From: Macrostomum lignano
Lineage: Eukaryota
Length of the DNA stretch: 64,000 nt
NCBI GenBank assembly: GCA_002269645.1
Contig: NIVC01000387.1
Span: 62,001 to 126,000 of the forward strand
Direction of reading: 5' to 3'
The notes below the pieces were generated by a model that made no database searches, was not told the origin of the DNA, and worked only from the letters and a program-made list of their open reading frames with translations. Positions within the stretch are counted from its first letter, which is position 1, and each line of letters starts with the position of its first letter. The position numbers were made by a program, and so were the translations under genes. Below, one piece after another: positions 1-37,903 of this stretch.

Positions 1-27294
<27,294 letters not shown>

Positions 27295-28392
27295 TACAAA
27301 GTCATGACAACGGTTACTTTAAAGCAAAAGTGAGAAATGGTAATTTAGAAAATTATTTAAGCGTGTCTAATCTAGCATATTATGTATGATTAATACATAA
27401 TACAATGTGTCTAACAACTACAATACATGTACTACAGTACAGACTTCAATTTTAGTAGATTGGTTTTGGGACATCAAGCGGAAACTTTTTGGGGTGTAGT
27501 TCATGGAAAATGCAAATGGAAAATAAATAATCGAGTATAATAAAGTTGGTTCCGCTTCCTAATTATTTAGTTTTACTTCTTTATCTTATTCACAGATTTC
27601 ATACTTTACAACACTTTAATAAAGAGTGAACCTTAACTTTCGAAATTTTAGACTAAATTGGTGCACTAGGGTATGCAATATGCATGTGTTATGTGCATCC
27701 ACAAAATTATAGCATCTAGGAATCCCTCCCGTCTGCTGCTCAGGCAACCTGTGAGGGACTCCGCCGCGGCCAGGCTCGCTGCACCACTGACTGACACCTT
27801 TCTCTCTGACTCAGGTTCTGGGCCTTTGTACACTTCAGTCTGCAGCTATACATTATAGGCTCAGCTATACATGTAGTACTATACAGCAGTTATGAATGAC
27901 ATCTGATGCACCTGAAACTTTTCAAGGTCGGTCGGAATTTGAAAACCTTATATACAGAGCCAGTCTATCGAAGGGCTGTGATATTCTGTGATCGAAGGGC
28001 TCATTTACAAGACGTTTTTGTTGGAAAGACAGTTTTCTACTATCGTATTACATATACATGTATTTTTGAGTTTTTATTTCAGACGTAACCTATACAGACA
28101 CTTAAGTTTTAGCATTGCATAATATTGTAGCACTTCAATGAATCATGTTAATCATGAATTTCTTTTTTTAAGTTGCAAATGCACTTTAGTGCTAGCAGAG
28201 AACCTTCAGTACAAAGCAAAGAAAAGAAAGGGGGTTTCGGCCATAGACTTAAACAAAAACTGTACCCGCCAGGACCACTCTGATAAGGCTCGCGATAATA
28301 CAAGAAAGTGAGAGGGTTAAGAGACTTTGAAACGGCAGCTGGGCAGCGATTCATTTAGCTTTTTGCAGCTAAAATCGAAATACTCGTTGACC

Positions 28393-29757
28393 ATGCGCGA
28401 GTGCATCTCCATTCACATTGGCCAGGCTGGCATCCAGATCGGCAACGCCTGCTGGGAGCTCTACTGCTTAGAGCACGGCATCCAACCCGACGGCATGATG
28501 CTGGCGGGTATGAGCAAGTGCGACAATACGAGCGAACCATTTTTCTCTGAAACCAGCTCTGGAAGATATGTTCCACGAGCGCTATTCGTGGACCTGGAGC
28601 CCACCGTGGTCGACGAGGTGCGCACCGGGACCTACCGCCAGCTGTTTCATCCGGAGCAGCTCATCTCGGGCAAGGAGGACGCCGCCAACAACTACGCCCG
28701 GGGTCAATATACGGTGGGCAAGGAAATAATCACTCCGGTACGAGACTACTTGAGCAAATTGGTCGAAAGCTGCAGCAGTCTGCAGGGTTTCATTGTCTTT
28801 CACTCGTTTGGTGGCGGCACCGGCGCCGGCTTCACCTCCCTTCTGATGGAAAAACTCTCCTCTGAGTACGGCAAGCGCTCCAAGCTTCAGTTTTCTATCT
28901 ACCCTGCGCCGCAAATTTCTACGGCTGTTGTGGAGCCAATGAACGCAATCCTTTGCAATCACGGCACGATTTCGCACGCCAACTGCACTGTTATTGTGGA
29001 CAACGAAGCTATCTACAGCATCTGCCGGAAGAACTTAGACATTGAGAGACCAACGTACACAAACCTAAACCGGCTTGTCGGCCAGGTTGTCTCCTCAGTA
29101 ACGGCGTCATTGCGATTTGAAGGTTCACTGAACGTTGACCTGTCCGAGTTTCAAACTAATCTGGTGCCCTACCCAAAAATCCACTTCCCTTTGGCGACGC
29201 TGGCGCCGATAATATCTACTGACAAAGCAAACCACGAGCAGCTCAGCGTTGGAGAGATTACTAACTCCTGTTTTGAAGTGTCCAGTCAGATGGTAAAGTG
29301 CGATCCTCGGCACGGCAAGTACATGGCCTGCTGTCTGCTCTACAGAGGCGATGTCTCGTCGAAGGAGGTCAACGAGTCCATCCAGAAGATCAAGAACAAG
29401 CGAGAGATTCAGTTTGTTGACTGGTGCCCGACCGGCTTCAAAGTCGGCATCAACAACCAGCCGCCTACCACAGTACCTGGCGGTGACCTCGCGAAGGTGC
29501 AGCGATCGCTCTGCATGCTGAGCAACACCACCGCCATCGCTGAGGCCTGGGACCGACTTGCGTACAAGTTCGACCTCATGTACTCAAAGCGCGCCTTCGT
29601 GCACTGGTACGTCGGCGAGGGCATGGAAGAGGGCGAGTTCGCCGAGGCCCGCGAGGACCTGGCCGCTATGCAGAAGGACTACGAAGAGGTTGGAGTGGAC
29701 AGCGTAGAGGGCGAGGAGGAGGAGGTCGAGGAAATGGAGAAGGATGGCGATGACTAA
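28393..29757 (+). CDS. TUBA: Alpha-tubulin, divergent, intronless (copy 1, 454 aa)
   Basis: MRECISIH start, [34 protein letters not shown]; ends EKDGDD; single ORF. Confidence 0.96.
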   Translation: MRECISIHIGQAGIQIGNACWELYCLEHGIQPDGMMLAGMSKCDNTSEPFFSETSSGRYVPRALFVDLEPTVVDEVRTGTYRQLFHPEQLISGKEDAANNYARGQYTVGKEIITPVRDYLSKLVESCSSLQGFIVFHSFGGGTGAGFTSLLMEKLSSEYGKRSKLQFSIYPAPQISTAVVEPMNAILCNHGTISHANCTVIVDNEAIYSICRKNLDIERPTYTNLNRLVGQVVSSVTASLRFEGSLNVDLSEFQTNLVPYPKIHFPLATLAPIISTDKANHEQLSVGEITNSCFEVSSQMVKCDPRHGKYMACCLLYRGDVSSKEVNESIQKIKNKREIQFVDWCPTGFKVGINNQPPTTVPGGDLAKVQRSLCMLSNTTAIAEAWDRLAYKFDLMYSKRAFVHWYVGEGMEEGEFAEAREDLAAMQKDYEEVGVDSVEGEEEEVEEMEKDGDD

Positions 29758-31505
29758 AGCTGCTATCTTTTTTATTTAATATATTTTGTATCAACAATAT
29801 CATTGCTATTTTTTCGTCGAAGTTTTTTGTCATATGGGCGAGAATAAACGCACATCAACTATGCACTTATTGCGTTTGATATAAGAGTTTTGCGTCAATA
29901 TTTTGCGTACACAGAGGCAGAAGTGCACCAGACCATATTGTTCAGCTGATAAGAACGTAGCTAGAAGAAAAGTCACAAAATAGCTTTCTAGTAATGGATC
30001 ATGAACAAGCCAAAGCGAGCCATGGAGCCCGAAAAATTCCCGAAGGTTAAGCTCGGGAGGTGCATTGCTTCGATGGCATTGCTTCGACCATACAAGGGTT
30101 ATATTCAGTTAAAAATTAAAAATGAGATCTAATGCAACAGACCGATGTTTTGCTAAATTTGTTTGAGGTGTTCTACGAGTAAATGTTGTATTTTCTGCTT
30201 CCGTCCGTGCGGACCGCAGACGGGGCGATCAGGGGTTCGGGTACTGGACTGCCCAGAGCTTGCCGGGTGGGATAGGCGAAAGAGTGGCGACCCCCGAGGC
30301 GTACGGACACTTCGAGGTGGAGGTGGAGAGGCTGGGAGCGTACAGACACTCGGCCAGTCTCACGGAGAGAGGGAGATGCAGATGAGGAGGCTGTGAGCAG
30401 GTAGCCACTCAGCAGCAACAGCAGAGGTGAGCACGGGTCGGGAGGCGTGCAGACACTTCGCAGACCCGAAGGAAGACGGTGGCGAGAGAGGTGAATAATG
30501 AAGACGGGACAAATTAACGGAAGCGAACGCTGTCTTACCGGGCTGGGTCACTTGTCGCGCTCATGCAGGCGTGGCCTCTAATATCTCAGCCTCAGTTGAC
30601 TGTATTTCAATTTCAAGCTTCACTTTCACTCAAACACGTGTAGAGCTAGAGTGGTAGAGAGAGAGCAGGAGGGCGAGAGCCGGGCGAGGGCCGCGCGCGC
30701 ACATAAATACTGGGTGAGCACTGAGCAGGGGACTGGGGTGGGGGCAAAACTCAACAGAGTTGAAGGGCGAGAGGGAAGGCTAGCCAATCAGGTGCCTCCG
30801 CGGCGAGACACATGATTGGACTAGCCCACGCGAGAGAGAGATGAAAATACGCCAGCCAATGAAAATGTGGGCTGATGAAAATGAGAACAAAAAATGAATA
30901 GCAGCTTTAGACGGAGGGGGCAAGCCAGAAAAAACCAGTGGCAGGGAGAGGAGGGGCGGAGAGCTCAGAGGTCGGGGCAAGGGCATTGCGAGGCGCAGCT
31001 CACAACATAAATAAGAAATGAATGAGCCTAAAACTTGCATGAAATATCCAGAGTGACACTGGCTCGTGCCGCTTCCTGGGGAGCGAAGCGCCTCTCTGGT
31101 AAGGATTACCTGATAAGGCGTTTGGGAGATTTGTGTCAGGGCTCGGGTCTGGCTTCACTTAAACGCGAGGGTGATCAGTGTGACAAAGTGGTCATGTCAG
31201 AAGCGGACACCCTGAACCTGAAGTGTAGATTGGCTGGCCAATCACTGTTAGCGGGATCGGGGGTACTTGCTGCCACTCCCGCGTTTGGGGTGGCGTCGGC
31301 ATGCGTCTGTTTGGGTGCGCATCGGCATTGGGGGAGGGTAGCTTTTTAGCCCGTGCGTTGCTTTGTCTCTCTTTGCTGGGTTGCGTGCCTTTTGACTTGC
31401 GAATTTGAGCCGGCCCACTTATTCAAAGCTTTCTGTGCACTACGAGTTTGTGTAGGATGACTTTAGAGCAGCGACATGTACCTGAAGAATGAGAGATAGA
31501 GATAG

Positions 31506-31760
31506 AGCCCTGCCAAACTCAATGCACTCGGAGACGCACTGCGGAGATGCGGGCATCAGCGCGCCATCAGCAATCGCAACGTTCAGCGGATATGCGGCAA
31601 GCTGTCCTGGGTTATAAATGTGACCAGGAAAGGCCAGGCTTCTACTCGCTCACTGCTAACGTTGGCGAGCCGGACGACTAGACCTGGTGACAAGTTGCGG
31701 CTGCCTGCGCAGCTCAGCGAGTTGCTGCATTGGTGTAGAAAGAAGCCTCCAGTCAGTTGA
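31506..31760 (+). mobile_element. Relic of a DIRS/Ngaro-like (tyrosine-recombinase retrotransposon) RT-RNaseH region
   Basis: Open frame SPAKLNALGDALRR...VQRICGKLSWVINVTRKGQASTRSLLTL...RPGDKLRLPAQLSELLHW resembles, from memory only, the segment following the RT core in DIRS-type pol. Confidence 0.4.
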
Positions 31761-32305
31761 CTGCCAACCTGGCCTCACTACGGTATGCTCTTGAAAGATC
31801 GTCATCGAGACTGACGCATGCATCTCAAATGGGGCCTGCAAAAAATCACACAAGATGTAGAAAATTCGATGGCAGTGCGAATTCTCCTTTGACGAGTGCA
31901 CGAGCACAAGAGCTTCCGCAGAAACTCCGCATAGAAAAAAGAGACAGTAGACGATTCGCGGGGCGCAAGATTTCTCGTCATTTATAAATATTTGTCTTTC
32001 ATTTTTGTTCGAAACCAGACAGCAATATTTCGTACACTTTTATTAAATACCGGCGCATTGATAGCCGTTGACAGTGTTTAATGATAGAGGTGCAGTTCCG
32101 TAATGCATCTTTACCAATACAAAATGCTTTAATTCAAAGTAACGAAAGTGTATAAATAGTGGATTAGCTTTACCAAAAGCATACTGTTTAACAGAGTATT
32201 GCAGGTGTGCAGGTGATACGATATAAAGAAATGGGGGAGGCGACACTCGGTACACCAGTAGCGGTGCCTGTTTTTGTGGAAATGTTGGGAAATGCGACTG
32301 GACTG

Positions 32306-33673
32306 TCAGTCGGCTTCCGCATCCCGATCATTCTCCTCGACCTCCTCCTCCTCCCCCTCTACGCTGTCCACTCCGACCTCTTCGTAGTCCTTCTGCATAG
32401 CGGCCAGGTCCTCGCGGGCCTCGGCGAACTCGCCCTCTTCCATGCCCTCGCCGACGTACCAGTGCACGAAGGCGCGCTTCGAGTACATGAGGTCGAACTT
32501 GTACGCAAGTCGGTCCCAGGCCTCAGCGATGGCGGTGGTGTTGCTCAGCATGCAGACCGCTCGAGGCACCTTCGCGAGGTCACCGCCAGGTACTGTGGTA
32601 GGCGGTTGGTAGCTGATGCCGACTTTGAAGCCGGTCGGACACCAGTCAACAAACTGAATCTCTCGCTTGTTCTTGATCTTCTGAATGGCCTCTGAAACTT
32701 CCTTGCAGCTGATGTCGCCTCTGTAGAGCAAACAGCAGGCCATGTACTTGCCATGTCGAGGATCGCACTTCACCATTTGATTCGACGGTTCGAAGCACGC
32801 GTTAGTAATCTCGGTAACTTTGAGCTGCTCGTGACTTGCCTTCTCAGTCGTGATGATCGGAGAGTAGGTGGCCAGAGGGAAGTGGATCTTCGGGTAGGGC
32901 ACCAGGTTGGTTTGAAACTCGGCAATGTCCACGTTTATTGAGCCGTCAAAGCGCAATGAAACGGTAATCGAGGACATGACTTGTGCGACGAGTCGGTTCA
33001 AATTCGTGTACGTGGGCCTCTCAATATCCAGGCTTTTTCTGCAGATGTCGTAGATAGCTTCGTTGTCAACAATCATGCCGCAGTCGGAGTGGCGGATGGT
33101 TCCGTGCATGCACAGGATGGAGTTGTAGGGCTCTACCACGGCTGTGGACACCTGCGGAGCCGGGTAAATAGCCATTTCTAGTTTCGGCTTCCGGCCGTAC
33201 TCTGAAGACAGCCGGTCCATCAGCAGCGAGGTGAATCCTGATCCTGTGCCGCCGCCAAAGGAGTGAAAGACGATGAAACCCTGCAGACCAGAGCAGTTTT
33301 CTACCTGACGATTGATGACCTCCCGCACATAGCCAATCACCTCTTTGCCGATGGTGTACTGGCCGCGAGCGTAGTTGTTGGCGGCGTCCTCCTTGCCGGA
33401 GATCAGTTGCTCCGGATGAAACAGCTGGCGGTAGGTGCCGCAGCGAACCTCGTCAATTACGGTGGGCTCCAGGTCTACGAACACGGCCCTGGGAACGTAG
33501 CGGCCAGATGAGGTCTGGTAGAAAAACGACTCTTGCGAGTCGTCGCACTTCTCCCGGCCTGCCAGTAGCGCGCCGTCGGGCTGGATGCCGTGCTCCAGGC
33601 AGTAGAGCTCCCAGCAGGCGTTGCCAACCTGCACACCGGCCTGGCCGATGTGGATGGAGATGCACTCGCGCAT
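32306..33673 (-). CDS. TUBA: Alpha-tubulin, divergent, intronless (copy 2, 455 aa)
   Basis: MRECISIH start, [19 protein letters not shown]; ends DRDAEAD; single ORF. Confidence 0.96.
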   Translation of the reverse strand: MRECISIHIGQAGVQVGNACWELYCLEHGIQPDGALLAGREKCDDSQESFFYQTSSGRYVPRAVFVDLEPTVIDEVRCGTYRQLFHPEQLISGKEDAANNYARGQYTIGKEVIGYVREVINRQVENCSGLQGFIVFHSFGGGTGSGFTSLLMDRLSSEYGRKPKLEMAIYPAPQVSTAVVEPYNSILCMHGTIRHSDCGMIVDNEAIYDICRKSLDIERPTYTNLNRLVAQVMSSITVSLRFDGSINVDIAEFQTNLVPYPKIHFPLATYSPIITTEKASHEQLKVTEITNACFEPSNQMVKCDPRHGKYMACCLLYRGDISCKEVSEAIQKIKNKREIQFVDWCPTGFKVGISYQPPTTVPGGDLAKVPRAVCMLSNTTAIAEAWDRLAYKFDLMYSKRAFVHWYVGEGMEEGEFAEAREDLAAMQKDYEEVGVDSVEGEEEEVEENDRDAEAD

Positions 33674-34474
33674 GCTTGAAGCAGGTTGTAAACGTACACT
33701 GGGCTGCGGCTCAAGAGGCTTAGACCTACGGCAGGGTTAAAGGCTCGCTTTCTGAGAGGCTAGAAATTGAACCCATTGACTGCGAATTTGGTGGCTAGCC
33801 GTGGCTTTATCGAACTGAGTGTACAGGATAATTTCATTGCGGTCTATGGCAAAGACTATATGGGCTCGTTTCGAGTGAAAATCCTGGCTGCGCTGCGCTG
33901 CGAGATGAACTTTAAAATTCTAACTCGATACAACTCTGGCTTATAAATTTTCTAACTGGTTATAACTCTGGTCCATAACATTCGGCCTTTACGAAATTTT
34001 ACAGTATGATAAAATACAATTATCCAATGGTCTGTATCACATTTTAGGCAAATTAAACGGAATAATCCATATAACAAGCATTAGTCCCAAAAATTTTAAA
34101 GTTTTTTATCGCTTTCTTGATCCGCTTGGTTTTAAACTTTCAGTGTTGATTTCCGTATCAGAGGAACATAAAATCAAATGACTACTGCGCTTAGTGTCAC
34201 AAAATATAATCAGTCACTATTAACAAGTAGGCACTTTAAAAACCGATGTACCCTCGAGCTAAAAGTGCAAGCAGGCTTTTTATATATTATCTGACCAGCG
34301 CCAGCGAATAAGTCTACGCGTTGGCCATAGACGTAACCCCGGGGCCTGTAGCGACAGTGGAGCTTGAAGAGAGGGGGTGCCCGGGGGCAGAGAGATTTCT
34401 CATCATTCCCACCGGCTTACCGTGCCAAGCCACTTGTTTCGGGAGCAAAAGTCCGAAAGTCCGCACTGACAACC

Positions 34475-35839
34475 ATGCGCGAGTGCATCTCCATCCACGT
34501 CGGCCAGGCCGGCATCCAGATCGGCAACGCCTGCTGGGAGCTCTACTGCCTGGAGCACGGCATCCAACCCGACGGCATGATGCTGGCAGGCCGGGAGAAG
34601 TGCGACGACTCGCAGTCATCGTTCTTCTCGGAGACATCTTCTGGACGCTACGTTCCAAGGACGGTCTTCGTGGACCTGGAGCCCACCGTGATCGACGAGG
34701 TCCGCACGGGCACCTACCGCCAGCTGTTCCACCCGGAGCAGCTGATCTCCGGCAAGGAGGACGCCGCCAACAACTACGCCAGAGGCCACTACACCATCGG
34801 CAAGGAGCTGATTGGCACTGTTCGGGAGGTCATCAACCGGCTGGCGGAGAACTGCTCAGGCCTGCAGGGCTTCCTGGTTTTTCACTCCTTCGGTGGCGGC
34901 ACGGGCGCCGGCTTCACCTCGTTGCTGATGGACCGGTTGTCGTCCGAGTACGGCAAGCGGGCGAAGCTGCAGTTCGCCGTCTACCCGGCGCCGCAGGTGT
35001 CTACAGCCGTGGTGGAGCCGTTCAACGCCATCCTGTGCACCCACGGTACTCTAAGACACTCGGACTGCGGCATGATCGTTGACAACGAGGCCATCTACGA
35101 CATCTGCAGAAAAAGCTTGGACATTGAGAGGCCTACGTACACCAACCTAAACAGACTCGTCGCCCAGATCGTGTCCTCCATCACGGTTTCACTGCGGTTC
35201 GATGGCTCGCTCAACGTGGACATCACCGAGTTCCAGACAAACCTTGTCCCATATCCGAAAATCCACTTCCCCCTAGCCACCTACGCTCCCATTATTTCAA
35301 CGGAGAAGGCAAATCATGAGCAGCTGAAGGTCAGAGAGATCACTAATTCGTGCTTCGAGGCGAGCAACCAGATGGTGAAGTGCGATCCTCGGCACGGCAA
35401 GTACATGGCCTGCTGTCTGCTCTACAGAGGCGATGTCTCCTCGAAGGAGGTCAACGAGTCCATCCAGAAGATCAAGAACAAGCGAGAGATTCAGTTTGTT
35501 GACTGGTGCCCGACCGGCTTCAAGGTCGGCATCAACTACCAACCGCCTACCACAGTACCTGGCGGTGACCTCGCGAAAGTGCCTCGAGCGGTCTGCATGC
35601 TGAGCAACACCACCGCCATCGCTGAGGCCTGGGACCGACTTGCGTACAAGTTCGACCTCATGTACTCAAAGCGCGCCTTCGTGCACTGGTACGTCGGCGA
35701 GGGCATGGAAGAGGGCGAGTTCGCCGAGGCCCGAGAAGACTTGGGCGCCATGCAGAAGGACTACGAAGAGGTCGGAGTGGACAGCGTAGAGGGCGAGGAG
35801 GAGGAGGTCGAGGAGATGGAGAAAGATCTGGACGATTAA
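34475..35839 (+). CDS. TUBA: Alpha-tubulin, divergent, intronless (copy 3, 454 aa)
   Basis: [11 protein letters not shown] at 34475 (the ORF track extends upstream from a non-ATG codon), [19 protein letters not shown]; ends EKDLDD. Confidence 0.96.
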   Translation: MRECISIHVGQAGIQIGNACWELYCLEHGIQPDGMMLAGREKCDDSQSSFFSETSSGRYVPRTVFVDLEPTVIDEVRTGTYRQLFHPEQLISGKEDAANNYARGHYTIGKELIGTVREVINRLAENCSGLQGFLVFHSFGGGTGAGFTSLLMDRLSSEYGKRAKLQFAVYPAPQVSTAVVEPFNAILCTHGTLRHSDCGMIVDNEAIYDICRKSLDIERPTYTNLNRLVAQIVSSITVSLRFDGSLNVDITEFQTNLVPYPKIHFPLATYAPIISTEKANHEQLKVREITNSCFEASNQMVKCDPRHGKYMACCLLYRGDVSSKEVNESIQKIKNKREIQFVDWCPTGFKVGINYQPPTTVPGGDLAKVPRAVCMLSNTTAIAEAWDRLAYKFDLMYSKRAFVHWYVGEGMEEGEFAEAREDLGAMQKDYEEVGVDSVEGEEEEVEEMEKDLDD

Positions 35840-36913
35840 AAAGCCACTATCACTTTCAATCCTGTAGATAACATTGCACATAACGCGAGCTCTATGCCAG
35901 CCATATTACTTTACCGATACCTTAGAGCGATGTTCCTTTTCTCTCAGGAGAGAAGCAGCGCGCCGCAGCCAGTGCGTGCACGAGCTTCAGTGCTACTCGC
36001 TCTCTTGTGTGCCAACTCGTGTGGAGTTTCCATTATTCAACCGCACCTGTCAAACGTTAGTTAGTTTACACTTGTCTTGGCGATAGTACCTGCTATCAAA
36101 GGAGTCGCTTAATTTACTACATATTACGTTCTAAATACAGCAAAAATAGACCCGGCATTCTGTCATTGGCAGCTTTCTTGCAGTCAAATGTGCTTTTTCT
36201 TCCGTCTCTTAAATGTTGTACATACATGTCGGTCGGCTAGCATGAAAGCTTTAGAATTTTAATCCAGTACTGAGACTGGATCTGTCTATTAAGTGTACGA
36301 GTTCAATGTGTGAACTTTAATACTTCATTTTGGAAGTAAATGAGATTAGACCGAGACTGCTCTGGTGGTTAATGAATTTATGCTGACAGCGATAACACAG
36401 TTGCAGACTCGAGATGCTACAATTTACTAAAATATTTTTGTATTTAGCTGTGTGCTCCTGCTTGCAGATGAGAGTTCGGGAATGTCGCGCAGGAAATCAC
36501 TGGAGTATTCAACAGTATATCACAGATCGGTAAAATTTTCGATTATATCATTGGAGTTATACATTAAGGACATTTTTTGGCAAGCACAGTAACGTAAGCC
36601 TGTAACACGAAAAAAGTTTGAATTTTAAGGTAGAAGCTCCAAATAAGTGCTTGAAAACATGGCTGTGTCAAGGACTACTCAAGTAACATATATATCTTGG
36701 GCTGTGCATGCAACTCATATGTTTACAGATAAGCAAGCAAGACAGCTGCACGAAAGCACGAGCTTAAAGGTGCAAGACGGAAAGTTTGGAGTGGTACACG
36801 ACTGTGAAGTCGAGGTCTGCTGAGGAGGCAATCTACTGCTGCCTTCACAACCGCGGAAACTTTGGCCTGGAGGAGCTTCATCTGGCCGAACGGACCTCGG
36901 TTGGGTTATCACT

Positions 36914-37785
36914 CAGTCAGAGTGGGTGAGTGTGTGGGGCTGGTCTCAGACAGAGTGGGTGAGTGTGTGGGGCTGGTCTCAGCCAGAGTGGGTGAGTGTG
37001 TGGGGCTGGTCTCAGACAGAGTGGGTGAGTGAGTGGGGCTGGTCTCAGTCAGAGTGGGTGAGTGTGTGGGGCTGGTCTCAGACAGAGTGGGTGAGTGAGT
37101 GGGGCTGGTCTCAGACAGAGTGGGTGAGTGTGTGGGGCTGGTCTCAGACAGAGTGGGTGAGGGTGTGGGGCTGGTCTCAGACAGAGTGGGTGAGTGTGTG
37201 GGGCTGGTCTCAGACAGAGTGGGTGAGTGAGTGGGGCTGGTCTCAGTCAGAGTGGGTGAGTGTGTGGGGCTGGTCTCAGACAGAGTGGGTGAGTGAGTGG
37301 GGCTGGTCTCAGTCAGAGTGGGTGAGTGTGTGGGGCTGGTCTCAGACAGAGTGGGTGAGTGTGTGGGGCTGGTCTCAGTCAGAGTGGGTGAGTGTGTGGG
37401 GCTGGTCTCAGACAGAGTGGGTGAGTGAGTGGGGCTGGTCTCAGTCAGAGTGGGTGAGTGTGTGGGGCTGGTCTCAGACAGAGTGGGTGAGTGTGTGGGG
37501 CTGGTCTCAGTCAGAGTGGGTGAGTGTGTGGGGTTGGGCTCAGCCAGAGTGGGTGAGTGTGTGGGGCTGGTCTCAGACAGAGTGGGTGAGTGTGTGGGGC
37601 TGGTCTCAGTCAGAGAGGGTGAGTGTGTGGGGCTGGTCGCAGACAGAGTGGGTGAGTGAGTGGGGCTGGTCTCAGACAGAGTGGGTGAGTGAGTGGGGTT
37701 GGTCTCAGTCAGAGAGGGTGAGTGAGTGGGGTTGGTCTCAGTCAGAGAGGGTGAGTGAGTCGGGTTCGTCTCAGCCAGAGTGAGT
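36914..37785. repeat. 33-bp G-rich minisatellite (CAGAGTGGGTGAGTGTGTGGGGCTGGTCTCAGA), ~26 copies
   Basis: Direct reading. Confidence 0.96.
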
Positions 37786-37903
37786 TTCGATAGGTAAATG
37801 TTTACAAAATTTTCAAATAAAAAGCTTCAGCTGCATTCGCAAGACTGAACTCTCGGCTTCCATTATTGCCATCAGTGTTCAGCAGAAGTCGGGGCTGCTC
37901 AGC

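Noticed and set aside
28327-28392. N-terminal extensions of tubulin ORFs 1 and 3 in the ORF track
   Set aside because: They start at non-ATG codons; the conserved MREC start is downstream.
36926-37783. 285-aa Trp-rich repeat protein ([11 protein letters not shown])n
   Set aside because: Translation of the 33-bp minisatellite with no start context; it is open only because the unit is 3n and lacks stops.
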